Below are positions 49,919 through 60,900 of a stretch of 64,000 bases of DNA, piece after piece. Below the pieces are notes generated by a model, which was given only the letters and a program-made list of their open reading frames with translations, was not told where the DNA came from and ran no database searches. Every line of letters begins with the position of its first letter. Position 1 is the stretch's first letter. This DNA comes from Candidatus Cloacimonadales bacterium (GTDB lineage: Bacteria > Cloacimonadota > Cloacimonadia > Cloacimonadales > JAFGVF01), in the NCBI GenBank assembly GCA_963662585.1, contig OY759729.1, forward strand, positions 1,152,001 through 1,216,000, given 5' to 3'. The translations under genes were made by a program, and so were the position numbers.

Positions 49919-52198
49919 CTATTTCATTAAAAGCATTTTCTTGATTTCACTTCTTCCAGCATTATCTATTTTGTAATAATATAGGCCTGAAGAGACTTCA
50001 TTACCAGCATTATTATCACCATTCCAAACTACATTATGCATTCCAACATTTTGGTTGGTATTTACCAGAGTTTTAACTAACTGACCTTTAACATTATAAA
50101 CATTAAGTTTAACGCTACCTGTTTTAAGAACATTATAGTTAATTCTAGTGGTTGGGTTGAAAGGATTAGGGTAGTTTTGATTTAACATAGCAATACTTGG
50201 AGCTACTTCATTATCTGTATTTTCTGTGGGGTAATCACTAAAGGTTATATCAATAGCCATATATTTCATGCTTCCCCCAGAAGCTTGACCAATATTGTAA
50301 GTCGATGAACCATAAGTTTCATCATCTAAATACATAATGTGAAGACGGCCAATAGGGTCATTTTGCAAATTGTATCCTATAAAATCCATTTTATCTCCAA
50401 GATATGGAAATTCAGGAATTTGACCATCCATTTCAGGAGTATCAATCCCGTTTAGAAAGATTGGTTCAGACCAATTAAATCCAAAATCACCTGAAACTGA
50501 GATAACTAACTCAGTCATATTTTGATAAGGTAAATATTCAGGATATGATTCAGGATAAGTATTTGCTAAACGCGCTTTATCAGAATCTTGCCAAATCATG
50601 GCCATCAGGCCATGCTCGTTTGCATCAGTTATCTGGGCAGTATGCATATGGAACATCATAGCATTATCAGCAGCTGCTGAATCCCAGTACATGTAAGGCC
50701 AGATTGTTGTTAAAACAGGCATTCCCCAGTATTCAGTATCTGCAGATGTAACACCATCATCTACGCCATCATAAGTACCATCATCAAGAACTTCCTCATA
50801 TTCGCCATCACCATCTTGATCCCACCAGAGCCAGAGGTCATTCATAGGATATAAATCTTGGCTATCATACTGGGTAATATCGATTAGGCTGTTTGGATTT
50901 AATGGTTCTGAACCATTTTCTTGTTGAGGATAAACTTCAGCAAGATACCATTCCATTCTATTTGTATCGAAAGTAATGTTTTTAACAGTGTGTAAGCCTG
51001 GATAATAAGAACCTTCGTTAGTACTTAAAGTATAAAAAGCTGGAAAATGAATTCTTCCTTGTCCATCAATACCACTACTAAAGTGACTAGATTGCCCAAT
51101 TTTATTACTTAGCATATCATCAGTAACATCATCAAAATAATATTGAGCAGGAACTAAAGGTTCCCCAGTTGCAGGATCGATGTAAGGTGGGTTGATAGCA
51201 TCAAAATCTCCAAAAGTAGAATATTGTTGCCATTGTCCCTCGCCATAATTATCGCAAACGAAGGCAGTAATAGTGCCTTCGTTAAGAGGAATACCTGCAT
51301 CTCCAGCCTCGGAATAAGCTATATGATATCCTATATAGTATAATTTATCTTCTTTAACTATAAATGACAAGTAAGGTCTTCTAAACTCACCTTCTGAAAG
51401 ATTCCACTCATTTAAGATTGGTATTGAAGTTGAAGACCAAGCTGTAGCATCAAACATTTGATTTTCAATATTACTTTCTGTAAAATCTTTATAATAAATC
51501 ACAACATTTTCGGATATTCCAGCCCCGTTTTGAGTCGCATTTTTAGCTAATACATAAACTCTTTGGGAGCCTTCAAGAGGAGAATCTCCAATCTGTACAG
51601 AAGGCCAAATAAATTCGTTTGTAGAAACAATTGTACCATCAACATCAATATCTACTGGATTATCTATCAGGTTTAAGGGATCAGAGTGCATGCCAATGGC
51701 CACTCCACCGATAACTGCATCATAACCAAAGACAACCTCTAGATTAGTAGCTTCATCATCAATATCAGCATGATATGCCAATAGAGGTCTTCCCCCTTCT
51801 GTTAAATCCATACTTGGAAATCCTTCCCAAACATCAGTAGCCGCAAAAGCAAGATTAGATTGTACAGCTCCAGTATTATCAATATATGTTTTATAGACTT
51901 TACGATTAGAACTTGCTGTAGTCTTAGCATGGAAAATCATCCAATGACCATCTAAGTTTGGAGTTTGAACTCTTTGTATAGGTTTACCACCATAAGAACC
52001 AGGGAAATAATCGTAAAAATTATCTACTATCGACACAGGTTCGATTGCAAAAGTGTATGTAGGCTGAAACCTATTTTGTTTTAAAGGTTTTCTTCCAATA
52101 TCTCTAAGGGATAATGGTCTTCTAAAATCCGTTTGACTAGCAAAAGCATTTGAAATAAAAAAGACTACTAAAGCCACAAGAACATAAAATCGTTTCAT
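49919..52198 (-). CDS. Secreted protein with FlgD-Ig/T9SS-type CTD (paralog 2)
   Basis: Start MKRFYV at 52198 (GGAGGA RBS); signal peptide; DQDGDGEYEE; CTD ending KKMLLMK. Confidence 0.88.
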   Translation of the reverse strand: MKRFYVLVALVVFFISNAFASQTDFRRPLSLRDIGRKPLKQNRFQPTYTFAIEPVSIVDNFYDYFPGSYGGKPIQRVQTPNLDGHWMIFHAKTTASSNRKVYKTYIDNTGAVQSNLAFAATDVWEGFPSMDLTEGGRPLLAYHADIDDEATNLEVVFGYDAVIGGVAIGMHSDPLNLIDNPVDIDVDGTIVSTNEFIWPSVQIGDSPLEGSQRVYVLAKNATQNGAGISENVVIYYKDFTESNIENQMFDATAWSSTSIPILNEWNLSEGEFRRPYLSFIVKEDKLYYIGYHIAYSEAGDAGIPLNEGTITAFVCDNYGEGQWQQYSTFGDFDAINPPYIDPATGEPLVPAQYYFDDVTDDMLSNKIGQSSHFSSGIDGQGRIHFPAFYTLSTNEGSYYPGLHTVKNITFDTNRMEWYLAEVYPQQENGSEPLNPNSLIDITQYDSQDLYPMNDLWLWWDQDGDGEYEEVLDDGTYDGVDDGVTSADTEYWGMPVLTTIWPYMYWDSAAADNAMMFHMHTAQITDANEHGLMAMIWQDSDKARLANTYPESYPEYLPYQNMTELVISVSGDFGFNWSEPIFLNGIDTPEMDGQIPEFPYLGDKMDFIGYNLQNDPIGRLHIMYLDDETYGSSTYNIGQASGGSMKYMAIDITFSDYPTENTDNEVAPSIAMLNQNYPNPFNPTTRINYNVLKTGSVKLNVYNVKGQLVKTLVNTNQNVGMHNVVWNGDNNAGNEVSSGLYYYKIDNAGRSEIKKMLLMK

Positions 52199-52354
52199 AT
52201 ACAGTCCTCCTACCTTTTCTTGGTTTGTTAACAAATCTACTGTTTATTTAGTTAATTATAAAATAGTCTTCTTTTTCGAGTAAACAAATATTTTTTGCAT
52301 TTATTTAAGTATTGTAACTTTCAAAATATATTCTCAATAGGATTTTTATGTAAA

Positions 52355-54465
52355 ATCGAGTAGGGTGGTGCGTTAGCACCATCCCTCTCACAGAACCGTG
52401 CGTACGGGACTCGTACACGGCTCCTGATAAACCTTGTAATTATTCATAATAATTAAATAAAACACTTGTAGGTTTCGATAGTAAGTCATATAGCCCTAAT
52501 TGCTCAAACCATTCATTAGGTAAAGCTCTATGAATATGATAACAACCAGAATTCTTCCAATGTGTCATAGATATTTTCGGAAAATCACTTTTATGCCCAA
52601 CTCTTCTAAGTTGTTGGTGAAAAGCTTTCCAACTTTTCCATTCCCGCATTTTCTTCATTCTTAGTCGCCGCCTTATCCATGATAATAGAGACTGAAAGAC
52701 TCCTTTGCAATTTGCCACCCTAAAGTAATTCGACCAACCTCTCAATATCGGATTAAGTCTTTTAATCATTGTCTGGACATTAATTCCGCTATTCCGTGGA
52801 GTCAGTGACCGAATCTTATCTTTGAACGCTTTTACTCTTTTATCCTCTATCTTTACATATGATTCATGTATTTCGAAGCCAAGATACTTGACTCCTTTAA
52901 ATACACTCGCAATATGTGTCTTTTCTTCATTTACGATGAGATAAATTGAGTTTAGATATTCTACCGCAATTCGTTGATATTGTTCTGCTTTTTTCTTAGT
53001 CTTAGCAAAAAGTAAAATGTCATCAGCATAGCGTACTATCTCGATTCCTCGACTTTTCATTTCTTGGTCAAAACTATCAAGATATATGTTCATAAGAAGT
53101 GGAGAGATTACCCCTCCTTGTGGACTTCCTACTTCAGTTTCGCTATACTTCCCTTCTTGCATAACACCAGACTTTAAGATTTTCTCTATCAACTTTAATA
53201 ATGTTCCGTCACTTATTTTCCTATTTAATGATTGCATTATGAATTTATGATTTAATGTATCAAAACATTTTGATAAATCCATATCCACTACAAAAGGAAG
53301 CTCTTCCTGAACCATTAATATATGTGCTTTAGCCACTGCCTTTTGACAACTTTTGTTGGGACGGTAGCCATAGCTTTGTGGATGAAAATCAGGTTCAAAA
53401 ATTGGTTGGATGATGTTATTTATTGCCTGCTGTACGATTCTATCTTTTACAGTAGGTATTCCTAATGGCCTCATCTTACCATTTCCTTTAGGTATCTCTA
53501 CCCGTTTCACAGGTGATGGGATATACTTCCCACTTTTCAATTCTAAATGAATCTGCTCTAAGTTCTCTTGTAGAGTCTCACCAAACTTAGATATAGTAAT
53601 ATTATCTATACCTTCTGCACCTCTATTTTTCTTTACCTTTAGGAAAGATTCATAGAGATTACCTTTTGAGTAAACTTTATCAATTAAACTGTACCACTTT
53701 TTCATTTAGTTTCTCCTTTTTCACAATAAACAATGTTTAAATTATACTTTCAAATGACAGTTAATTCAATGAAGACCTTCGAAGTTTTTAGCATAAAGCA
53801 ATCTATCAAAGATTTTATAGGTTTTGACTATTATCCTTTTTTTAACTTCATCTACTCAGTCTCGTAAGGTCATGATAGAAAGAAGGTACTCACCACCGTC
53901 TATCCGAGCCTTGAATCTTTCGATTCTCTTCGTTTCCTACTTTTAAGAAAATATCTCTTTAATTATGTTTATTCTTTGGTTTATCTTCATCCCTTCACAT
54001 GAGATATTTCCTTTTGAAAAATATCCCCCAATATTACTAAGAATATTGTCCCCTCTGTTTTATCCTCCAGTCTGTCACCAGCTTTCATAGGCAAAGGGTT
54101 AGTCACTACTACGGAATCATCTGCCACCTGCTTATGCTTAATACAACTCTTGCCTTTCAGCTTGTAGTCATAGTTACTCTATTAGAGACATTAACAGGCT
54201 TCCCCAGTTAAGCTATCCTGCCTGAATGTAAATCCATCTGTTGTAATCCATGTAATCGACTGACTTTTGGGCGTTCTCACTTTTCGAAGAGTTACCCACT
54301 ACATGAACCAAAATCAGTTTACTTTCGCTATGTTCCACATTCTTCCTGCGTCTTACTTCAGACCCTGCCGTTGCCAGCAACGCCCTTGACCTCAGATTGA
54401 CTTCCTGTCAGTTGGGTGTCAGGACTTCTTTCAGTCCATCGGCTCAGATAACATTCTGGGCAAAC
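52355..54465 (-). mobile_element. Group II intron, class C (IIC), apparently complete (~2.1 kb)
   Basis: 5' end GTTTGCCCAGAATG directly after a terminator hairpin; domain V GAGCCGTGTACG-AGTCC-CGTACGCACGGTTC; domain VI ending CCCTACTCGAT; internal RT ORF. Confidence 0.9.
52440..53705 (-). CDS. ltrA: Group II intron reverse transcriptase/maturase (no endonuclease domain)
   Basis: RPLGIPTVKDRIVQ, SYGYRP, PQGGVISPLL, RYADD, maturase LNPILRGWSNYF; no HNH domain. Confidence 0.96.
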   Translation of the reverse strand: MKKWYSLIDKVYSKGNLYESFLKVKKNRGAEGIDNITISKFGETLQENLEQIHLELKSGKYIPSPVKRVEIPKGNGKMRPLGIPTVKDRIVQQAINNIIQPIFEPDFHPQSYGYRPNKSCQKAVAKAHILMVQEELPFVVDMDLSKCFDTLNHKFIMQSLNRKISDGTLLKLIEKILKSGVMQEGKYSETEVGSPQGGVISPLLMNIYLDSFDQEMKSRGIEIVRYADDILLFAKTKKKAEQYQRIAVEYLNSIYLIVNEEKTHIASVFKGVKYLGFEIHESYVKIEDKRVKAFKDKIRSLTPRNSGINVQTMIKRLNPILRGWSNYFRVANCKGVFQSLLSWIRRRLRMKKMREWKSWKAFHQQLRRVGHKSDFPKISMTHWKNSGCYHIHRALPNEWFEQLGLYDLLSKPTSVLFNYYE

Positions 54466-54494
54466 AAAAAGCCCCACTTGCGTAGGGCTTTTTT
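54466..54494 (-). terminator. Intrinsic terminator; IIC intron target hairpin
   Basis: AAAAAGCCC-CACTTGCGTA-GGGCTTTTTT, ~20 nt after the stop of gene 54514..56796. Confidence 0.85.
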
Positions 54495-54513
54495 GTCTAT
54501 ATTAGTTTATGAA

Positions 54514-56796
54514 TTACTTCATTAAAACCATTTTCTTCATTTCACTTCTTCCTGCATTTTCCATTTTGTAGAAATAAACGCCTGAAGAAACTTTGTTACC
54601 AGCATTGTCATTACCATTCCAAACAACATTATGCATTCCAACATTTTGGTTTGAATTAACAAGAGTTTTAACTAATTGACCTTTAACATTATAAACATTA
54701 AGTTTAACATTACCAGTCTTAGCTACATTATAGTTAATTTTAGTAGTTGGGTTGAATGGGTTAGGGTAGTTTTGATTTAACATAGCGATACTTGGAGCTG
54801 CTTCATTATTTTCATTATCAGTTACAGCATCAGTAAATGTTACATCAATAGCCATGTATTTCATTGAACCACCGGTAGCTTGACCGATAGCTTGAACTGA
54901 TGAACCATAAGTATCATCATCTAAATACATGATATGAACACGACCAATAAGATTACCATTTCCATCTTCACCTATGTAGTCAATTTCTGTACCAACATAA
55001 GGGAATTCAGGAATTTCATCTTGCATTTCAGGAGTTTCAACACCATTAAGGAAGAATGGTTCTGACCAATGGTTACCATTATCAGCAGAAACTGAAATAG
55101 CAATTTCAGCCATATTTTGGAAAGGAACATATTCAGGATATGATTCAGGATATGTGTTACCTAAACGAGCTTTATCTGCATCTTGCCATACCATAGCCAT
55201 CATTCCATGATCATTAGCATTTGTCATGCGTGCAGTATGTAAATGGAACATCATAGCATTATCAGCAGCAGCTGAATCCCAGTACATGTAAGGCCAGATT
55301 GTTGCTAAAACTGGCATTCCCCAGTATTCTGTATCAGCAGCAGTAACACCATCATCTTCACCATCATAAGTACCATCATCAAGAACTTCGTCATATTCGC
55401 CATCACCATCTTGATCCCACCAGATCCAAAGATCATTCATAGGATAAAGATTTTGTGATTCATACTGAGTAATATCAATTGGGTCGTTTGGAATAAATGG
55501 TTCTGAACCATTTTCTTGTTGAGGATAAACTTCAGCAAGAGACCATTCCATTGTATTTGTATCGAAAGCAAGATCTTTAACAGTGTGTAAACCAGGATAA
55601 TAAGAACCTTCGTTAGTACTTAAAGTGTAGAAACCTGGGAAGTGAATTCTTCCTTCAGCATCCATACCAGTACTAAAGTGTCCTGATTGACCCATACTAA
55701 TACTTAAATTTTCATCAGTTACATCATCGAAGTAATATTGTGCAGGTGATAAAGGTTCGCCAGTTGCAGGATCGATGTAAGGAGGGTTGATAGCATCAAA
55801 ATCACCAAAAGTAGAATATTGTTGCCATTCACCTTCACCATAGTTATCAGCCATGAATACAGTTAAAGTACCTTCATCAAGAGGAACACCAGCTTCTCCT
55901 GATTCAGAATAAGCTATATGATAACCTATGTAGTAAATTTTATCGTTATTAGCGATAAATGACATATAAGGTCTTCTCCATTCTCCAGTAGAAGAATTCC
56001 ATTCGTTCATTGCAGGAATAGAAGTTGAATTCCAACCTGTTCCATCAAACATTTGATTTTCGATGTCAGCTTCAGTGAAATCTTTGTAGTATATAACTAC
56101 ATTTTCAGAAATAGCTGTACCGTTATCAGTAGCATTTTTTCCCATTACATAAACACGCTGTGAACCAGCGATTGGAGAAGCAGCAACTTGAACTGAAGGC
56201 CAGATAAATTCGTTAGTAGAAACAATAGTTCCATTAACATCAATATCAATAGGGTTATCAATGATAGTGTAAAGGTCAGAGTTCATACCAAGAGCTACTC
56301 CACCGATAACAGCATCATAACCGAAACCAACTTCAAGAGCAGTTGCTTCGTTATCAAGGTCAACATGATAAGCAAAAAGTGGTCTTCCACCTTCAGTTAA
56401 ATCAAGACCAGGATATCCTTCCCATACATCAGAAGCACCAAAAGTACCATTTGACAAGATACTACCAGTATTGTCGATAAATGTTTTATAAACTCTACGG
56501 TTAGAACTTGCAGTTGGTTTTGTATGGAAAACCATCCAATGACCATCTAAGGTTGGAGTTTGAACTCTTTGAAGAGGTTTTCCAGTGTATGAACCTGGGA
56601 AATAGTCATAATAGTTATCAACTATTGATACAGGTTCGATTGCAAAAGTGTATGAAGGCATAAACCTACTATTTTGCGTTACAGGTTTGGTACTATTATC
56701 TCTAAGAGATAATGGTTTTCTAGGGTCGTTTTGACTAGCAAATACATTAGCAATAAGAACGGCTATAATAGCCACAACAAGAAACAAGCGTTTCAT
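54514..56796 (-). CDS. Secreted protein with FlgD-Ig/T9SS-type CTD (paralog 3)
   Basis: Start MKRLFL at 56796 (GGAGGA RBS); collinear and highly similar to paralog 2; CTD ending KKMVLMK. Confidence 0.88.
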   Translation of the reverse strand: MKRLFLVVAIIAVLIANVFASQNDPRKPLSLRDNSTKPVTQNSRFMPSYTFAIEPVSIVDNYYDYFPGSYTGKPLQRVQTPTLDGHWMVFHTKPTASSNRRVYKTFIDNTGSILSNGTFGASDVWEGYPGLDLTEGGRPLFAYHVDLDNEATALEVGFGYDAVIGGVALGMNSDLYTIIDNPIDIDVNGTIVSTNEFIWPSVQVAASPIAGSQRVYVMGKNATDNGTAISENVVIYYKDFTEADIENQMFDGTGWNSTSIPAMNEWNSSTGEWRRPYMSFIANNDKIYYIGYHIAYSESGEAGVPLDEGTLTVFMADNYGEGEWQQYSTFGDFDAINPPYIDPATGEPLSPAQYYFDDVTDENLSISMGQSGHFSTGMDAEGRIHFPGFYTLSTNEGSYYPGLHTVKDLAFDTNTMEWSLAEVYPQQENGSEPFIPNDPIDITQYESQNLYPMNDLWIWWDQDGDGEYDEVLDDGTYDGEDDGVTAADTEYWGMPVLATIWPYMYWDSAAADNAMMFHLHTARMTNANDHGMMAMVWQDADKARLGNTYPESYPEYVPFQNMAEIAISVSADNGNHWSEPFFLNGVETPEMQDEIPEFPYVGTEIDYIGEDGNGNLIGRVHIMYLDDDTYGSSVQAIGQATGGSMKYMAIDVTFTDAVTDNENNEAAPSIAMLNQNYPNPFNPTTKINYNVAKTGNVKLNVYNVKGQLVKTLVNSNQNVGMHNVVWNGNDNAGNKVSSGVYFYKMENAGRSEMKKMVLMK

Positions 56797-56927
56797 GTAC
56801 ATTCCTCCCATCTTTTTATTGTTAAGTTTCTATGTAATAATAAAATAACTATATTTTATCATTTCACAAATTCTTTTTTTTTGCCTAAGAAATCACAACT
56901 CAGGCTATTTTTATAAAATTAACTTTA

Positions 56928-56955
56928 TAAGTCCGAGTGAAAACACTCGGACTTA
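56928..56955 (-). terminator. Terminator of the TonB/PorV operon
   Basis: TAAGTCCGAGTG-AAAA-CACTCGGACTTA perfect 12-bp stem. Confidence 0.8.
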
Positions 56956-56963
56956 AATTTATT

Positions 56964-57986
56964 TTAGAAATTCATTTTAACTGAGAAACGGTGAACACCA
57001 TTAATAAAGTCTTCAGTCAAGTCACCCATATCAGTATAAGCATAATCAAGATTGAATATGGCAAATCTGGTAGGCACATTGAATCCAGCTCCGAAACTAT
57101 AAGTAGCAGCATCATAACCGATTTGGTAACCGGATCTTAAGGCAAAGTTTCTATAAGTATATTCTGAACCAATGTTCCAAGTTTCTCTTCTATCTACGAC
57201 ATTATCTAACTGTGCTGAAAGAATCCAAGCGATATCTTCGTTTCGCACGATATCAGTTGCTATACCGAGAGAGAAACTCATTGGTATTTTAAAACCAAGT
57301 TCTTCTCCATCTTCGTCAATAACACCATCACCGTCGTTATCTAACAAATCGAAAGGGTCTTCATCTGTTAAATCATCATTATCATTATCAATTTCATAAA
57401 TTACATCAGGACCGAAATTTCTTAGGGTCATACCGATAGTTAAGTTATTCCACTGAGTGTTATAAAGAGAACCAATATCAAAGGAATAGCTATTAATACT
57501 GAAATCATAAAGATTCTCTCTGAGATATTTACCTGTAATACCAAAAGAGAACTTATCAGTAAAAGCATTAGAATAGGTTAAACCTAAAGAAATATCACTA
57601 TTAGTGAAAGTTCTACCTGTTGGTCCAAAAGCATCTTCAGTAACTTCATCCATATCATCCATATGTAATACAGAAGCACTCACACCTAAAGCTTGAATAC
57701 CATCAGTGAAAGATACAGCAGCATATTCATGCATGATACCTGCAACCCATTCAGTATGAGAAAAGAATGCTTGTTGATCTAACTTTTCAGCAAGACCTGC
57801 AGGATTCCAGTAAACAGAAGATATATCATCAGAAACGGCTACATAAGCTTCGCCCATTCCTGTTGCTCTAGCGTCAATACCTAATTTTAAGAATTGCAAA
57901 GCTGCAGTACCCTTTTTTCCAAATATATTAGCACACAAGAGAATAGGAACAAGAACAATTACGGTTATTATTATAATTTTTTTCAT
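56964..57986 (-). CDS. PorV/PorQ-family outer-membrane beta-barrel
   Basis: FLKLGIDARATGMGEA, VYWNPAGLA, C-terminal HRFSVKMNF. Confidence 0.85.
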   Translation of the reverse strand: MKKIIIITVIVLVPILLCANIFGKKGTAALQFLKLGIDARATGMGEAYVAVSDDISSVYWNPAGLAEKLDQQAFFSHTEWVAGIMHEYAAVSFTDGIQALGVSASVLHMDDMDEVTEDAFGPTGRTFTNSDISLGLTYSNAFTDKFSFGITGKYLRENLYDFSINSYSFDIGSLYNTQWNNLTIGMTLRNFGPDVIYEIDNDNDDLTDEDPFDLLDNDGDGVIDEDGEELGFKIPMSFSLGIATDIVRNEDIAWILSAQLDNVVDRRETWNIGSEYTYRNFALRSGYQIGYDAATYSFGAGFNVPTRFAIFNLDYAYTDMGDLTEDFINGVHRFSVKMNF

Positions 57987-57999
57987 AGTTCAGTCCCCT

Positions 58000-60900
58000 T
58001 TATTTAATTAAGACAAATTTGCCAACATTAACATCACCAGTCTTGAGGTTTTTAACTGAGAACAGATAAACACCAGGAGCAATGATTTGGTTATTTTCTG
58101 AAAGAAGATCCCAAGAGTGAATACTTTCTGAAGTAACACCCAAACGAGCAGCTTTACTTACAGTGATAATATCTTCTTCATAAGCACCTTCATGTCTGAA
58201 TTGATCTACTAAGTCACCTGCAAGAGTGAATATTTTAACTTGAGATCTAGTTGGTAAGTTAACAAACCAAATTCTCTTACTCTTATCACCCTTATCATCA
58301 TTCTCTCTTCTACCGTCGAAAGAAGATCCACCTATATATGGATTAGGAACAACATAGACATTAGATCCATCATTATCACTTCTGTTAGGAGCAGGGAAGA
58401 ATACTTTCATATTAGCGTCAGCATCTCTACCTGTTTCCAAGAAATCTAATGATTTATCAGGCATACCTCTATCAAAAGCTGTAACAGCTACATAAGTTTC
58501 TACACCTTTGCGAGGAACACTAGCACTTGAAGTAAAGTATCTTCTTGATAATCTTTCTTTTCTGAGTATTTCTCGTTTCTCGATATCATCGATTGCAGCT
58601 TGACCACCAAAACTATAAAGAGGGATAAGCTTTTCATCATAAAGAGCTCTAAATACATCTTCTCTTACATCGTCTCTTTTGAAAAGTTGCATAGCGATTT
58701 CAGATTTAACTTCGTCGTTCAAAATAACACCATCAACTACAGTTATGCCAAATTCATCAAGAGCAATTTGGTTAGCAGCAGCTTGTAATTCAGCACTATA
58801 ATCAACATCCCATTTATAAATAGGTAAGCCGTAAATTGTCTCACCTTCTACTACATTTCTTAAGAGATAATAATCATTAAACATATAATAATTAGTATCA
58901 TCAGCAGTAGCAGTTCGTGGATTAGGAAGGCCATTATCAATAGCTGTATATCCGCCATAATCAGCAAAAACATCATCACCTTCGCTATTAACAACACCTA
59001 AATTAACATTATAATCTTCAATATCTTGAGCAGTCTCGATTTTGCCCCACATATCAACTAATGACCAATCTTCTTGAGAACCTGAACCAGATCTAATCCA
59101 TGTTCTGAAGCCCTGGAAGTCATGTCTTAAACGATATGCAGTAACAGGAGATACAGTACGAGTTTCCTGATTAGAAACTGTATCGGCTGGAGCAGGTACT
59201 TCTAATTCATTTGCATAGATGTCACTCCACTCATCCCAATTTAAGTAATAACTGTCGAGGTTAGAATTAGCATCTTGCCATCCTACCACAGTTCCACTAA
59301 CATTATCTTTATCATAGGAATATATAGATCTATTATCCCAGTAATAATTGATATAATTACCATCTTCTGAAATTTCAGCAAATAAATTAGGGATTTCAGG
59401 TGGTTCTGGTGGAGTGTAATGTAGAACAGTATCTGGTAAAACAACATTAGTTAATGATTGAGCTGTACCATAAATAGTCTTTGCCCAAATTGAAGTAGCT
59501 TTTAAATCTTCTAAGTTGTCTCCAGGGAAAACTGCAATAACGATTTTCATTGTTTTACGAGGAGCAAGATTCCATCTTTTGAAATAATTTCCCTCGGCAT
59601 CAAGTTCATTATATTCAGGAGTACCAGGTTGAGCACCACTAAAAGCAAAGAGATATCTTGTATCCATTGGTAATTCTTGAATAAAGTGATCACCTGAAGG
59701 ATCTCCATCTGGTTTTCTTAAAGCCATGAATTTGCTATCATCTGGATTTTGATATATGACCTCTGAACCAACTAGTTTTGCTTTACCACCGATTAACAAC
59801 CAATATTTTTCATTATTGGTTTTACCTGTTAATGTTCCAGATCTAATATCCTCATCATCAGGACCGTCACCAACTTCCCAGAACCAACATGAGTAGTTTA
59901 AGGAGTCAGGGTTAGGGATTGGAGAACATACACGAGATCCAACTAAACCTGTTGTTAGTCCACCATCACCATCATCGTCACGAGTATAAGCGAACTCATA
60001 ATCATCACCTTTTTGATAGCCAGAAAGGTCATCACTTGCTTTTTCTGAATCCCAACTTTGAGGTCCAACATCGGAATCCATGTAGATACCCATAGCACAA
60101 TCATAAAGAGTATCTGCAGCATTCATATTTGTTATGTTAAATTCTAAATAAACTAAGTTTTTAATATATTCATAAGACCATTGATAACTCATCTGTCTTA
60201 CGCGAATATTTAAAGGATAGTGGTCAGTTCTTGATCTATCACGACCCCAATCTCTTTGACCTTCATAGCCAAAAGGAGAGTAATCATAATAATAAGAAAT
60301 GAAATCTTGTTCAGAAACAGGAGTACCATCCTCATCAACTCTACCATCACCATCATCATCATAAGGAGTAGCAAAATTGAAATATTCATCTTCATCATTA
60401 GCACTTAAATCCATGAACCCTAAAGGGAACCAGATATCAGATTTTTCTTCAATAGCAGTTGTATTTTCAAAATCCTGATCGTGAAGGTAAATACCTCCTA
60501 ATCCTTGGAATGCTTCTGGAAGTTCGTGGAAATCTCTCATTGGGAAAGTATATCCAGGTCCATCTTCATCTATTTTGCCATCACCATCATCATCATCCGC
60601 ACGGCGTTGATTTCTTGTTGATGAAGTCATAATTTTATCAGAAGAATTGAACATACCAAAGAAATCTGAAACATTAGGATTAGCATTTTCTAAAGGATTA
60701 TATGCAGGTAAGAATTCATTCAGACCTAAATCACCATCGAATCCAACAGAAACTAAGGTATCTAAAACAACACCAGGTCCATCGTAATCTTCAGGTAGCT
60801 CAGATTCAGCAATAACATCCATACCTTGGATATATTGATTATTATAACGCCAGTAGAGCTTTTCACCTGTAGCGTTTCTTCTAATTTTTTTTGCACCGAA

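Noticed and set aside
49722..49976. Repeat-peptide ORFs (60 aa minus, 80 aa plus)
   Set aside because: Products of the 33-bp (multiple of 3) repeat; no RBS; one overlaps a real gene antisense.
52440..53705. DGR, retron or defence reverse transcriptase acting on the flanking paralogs
   Set aside because: It has a maturase domain and lies within intron domains V/VI; by eye the paralog differences are scattered and not adenine-specific; no TR/VR pair or avd seen.
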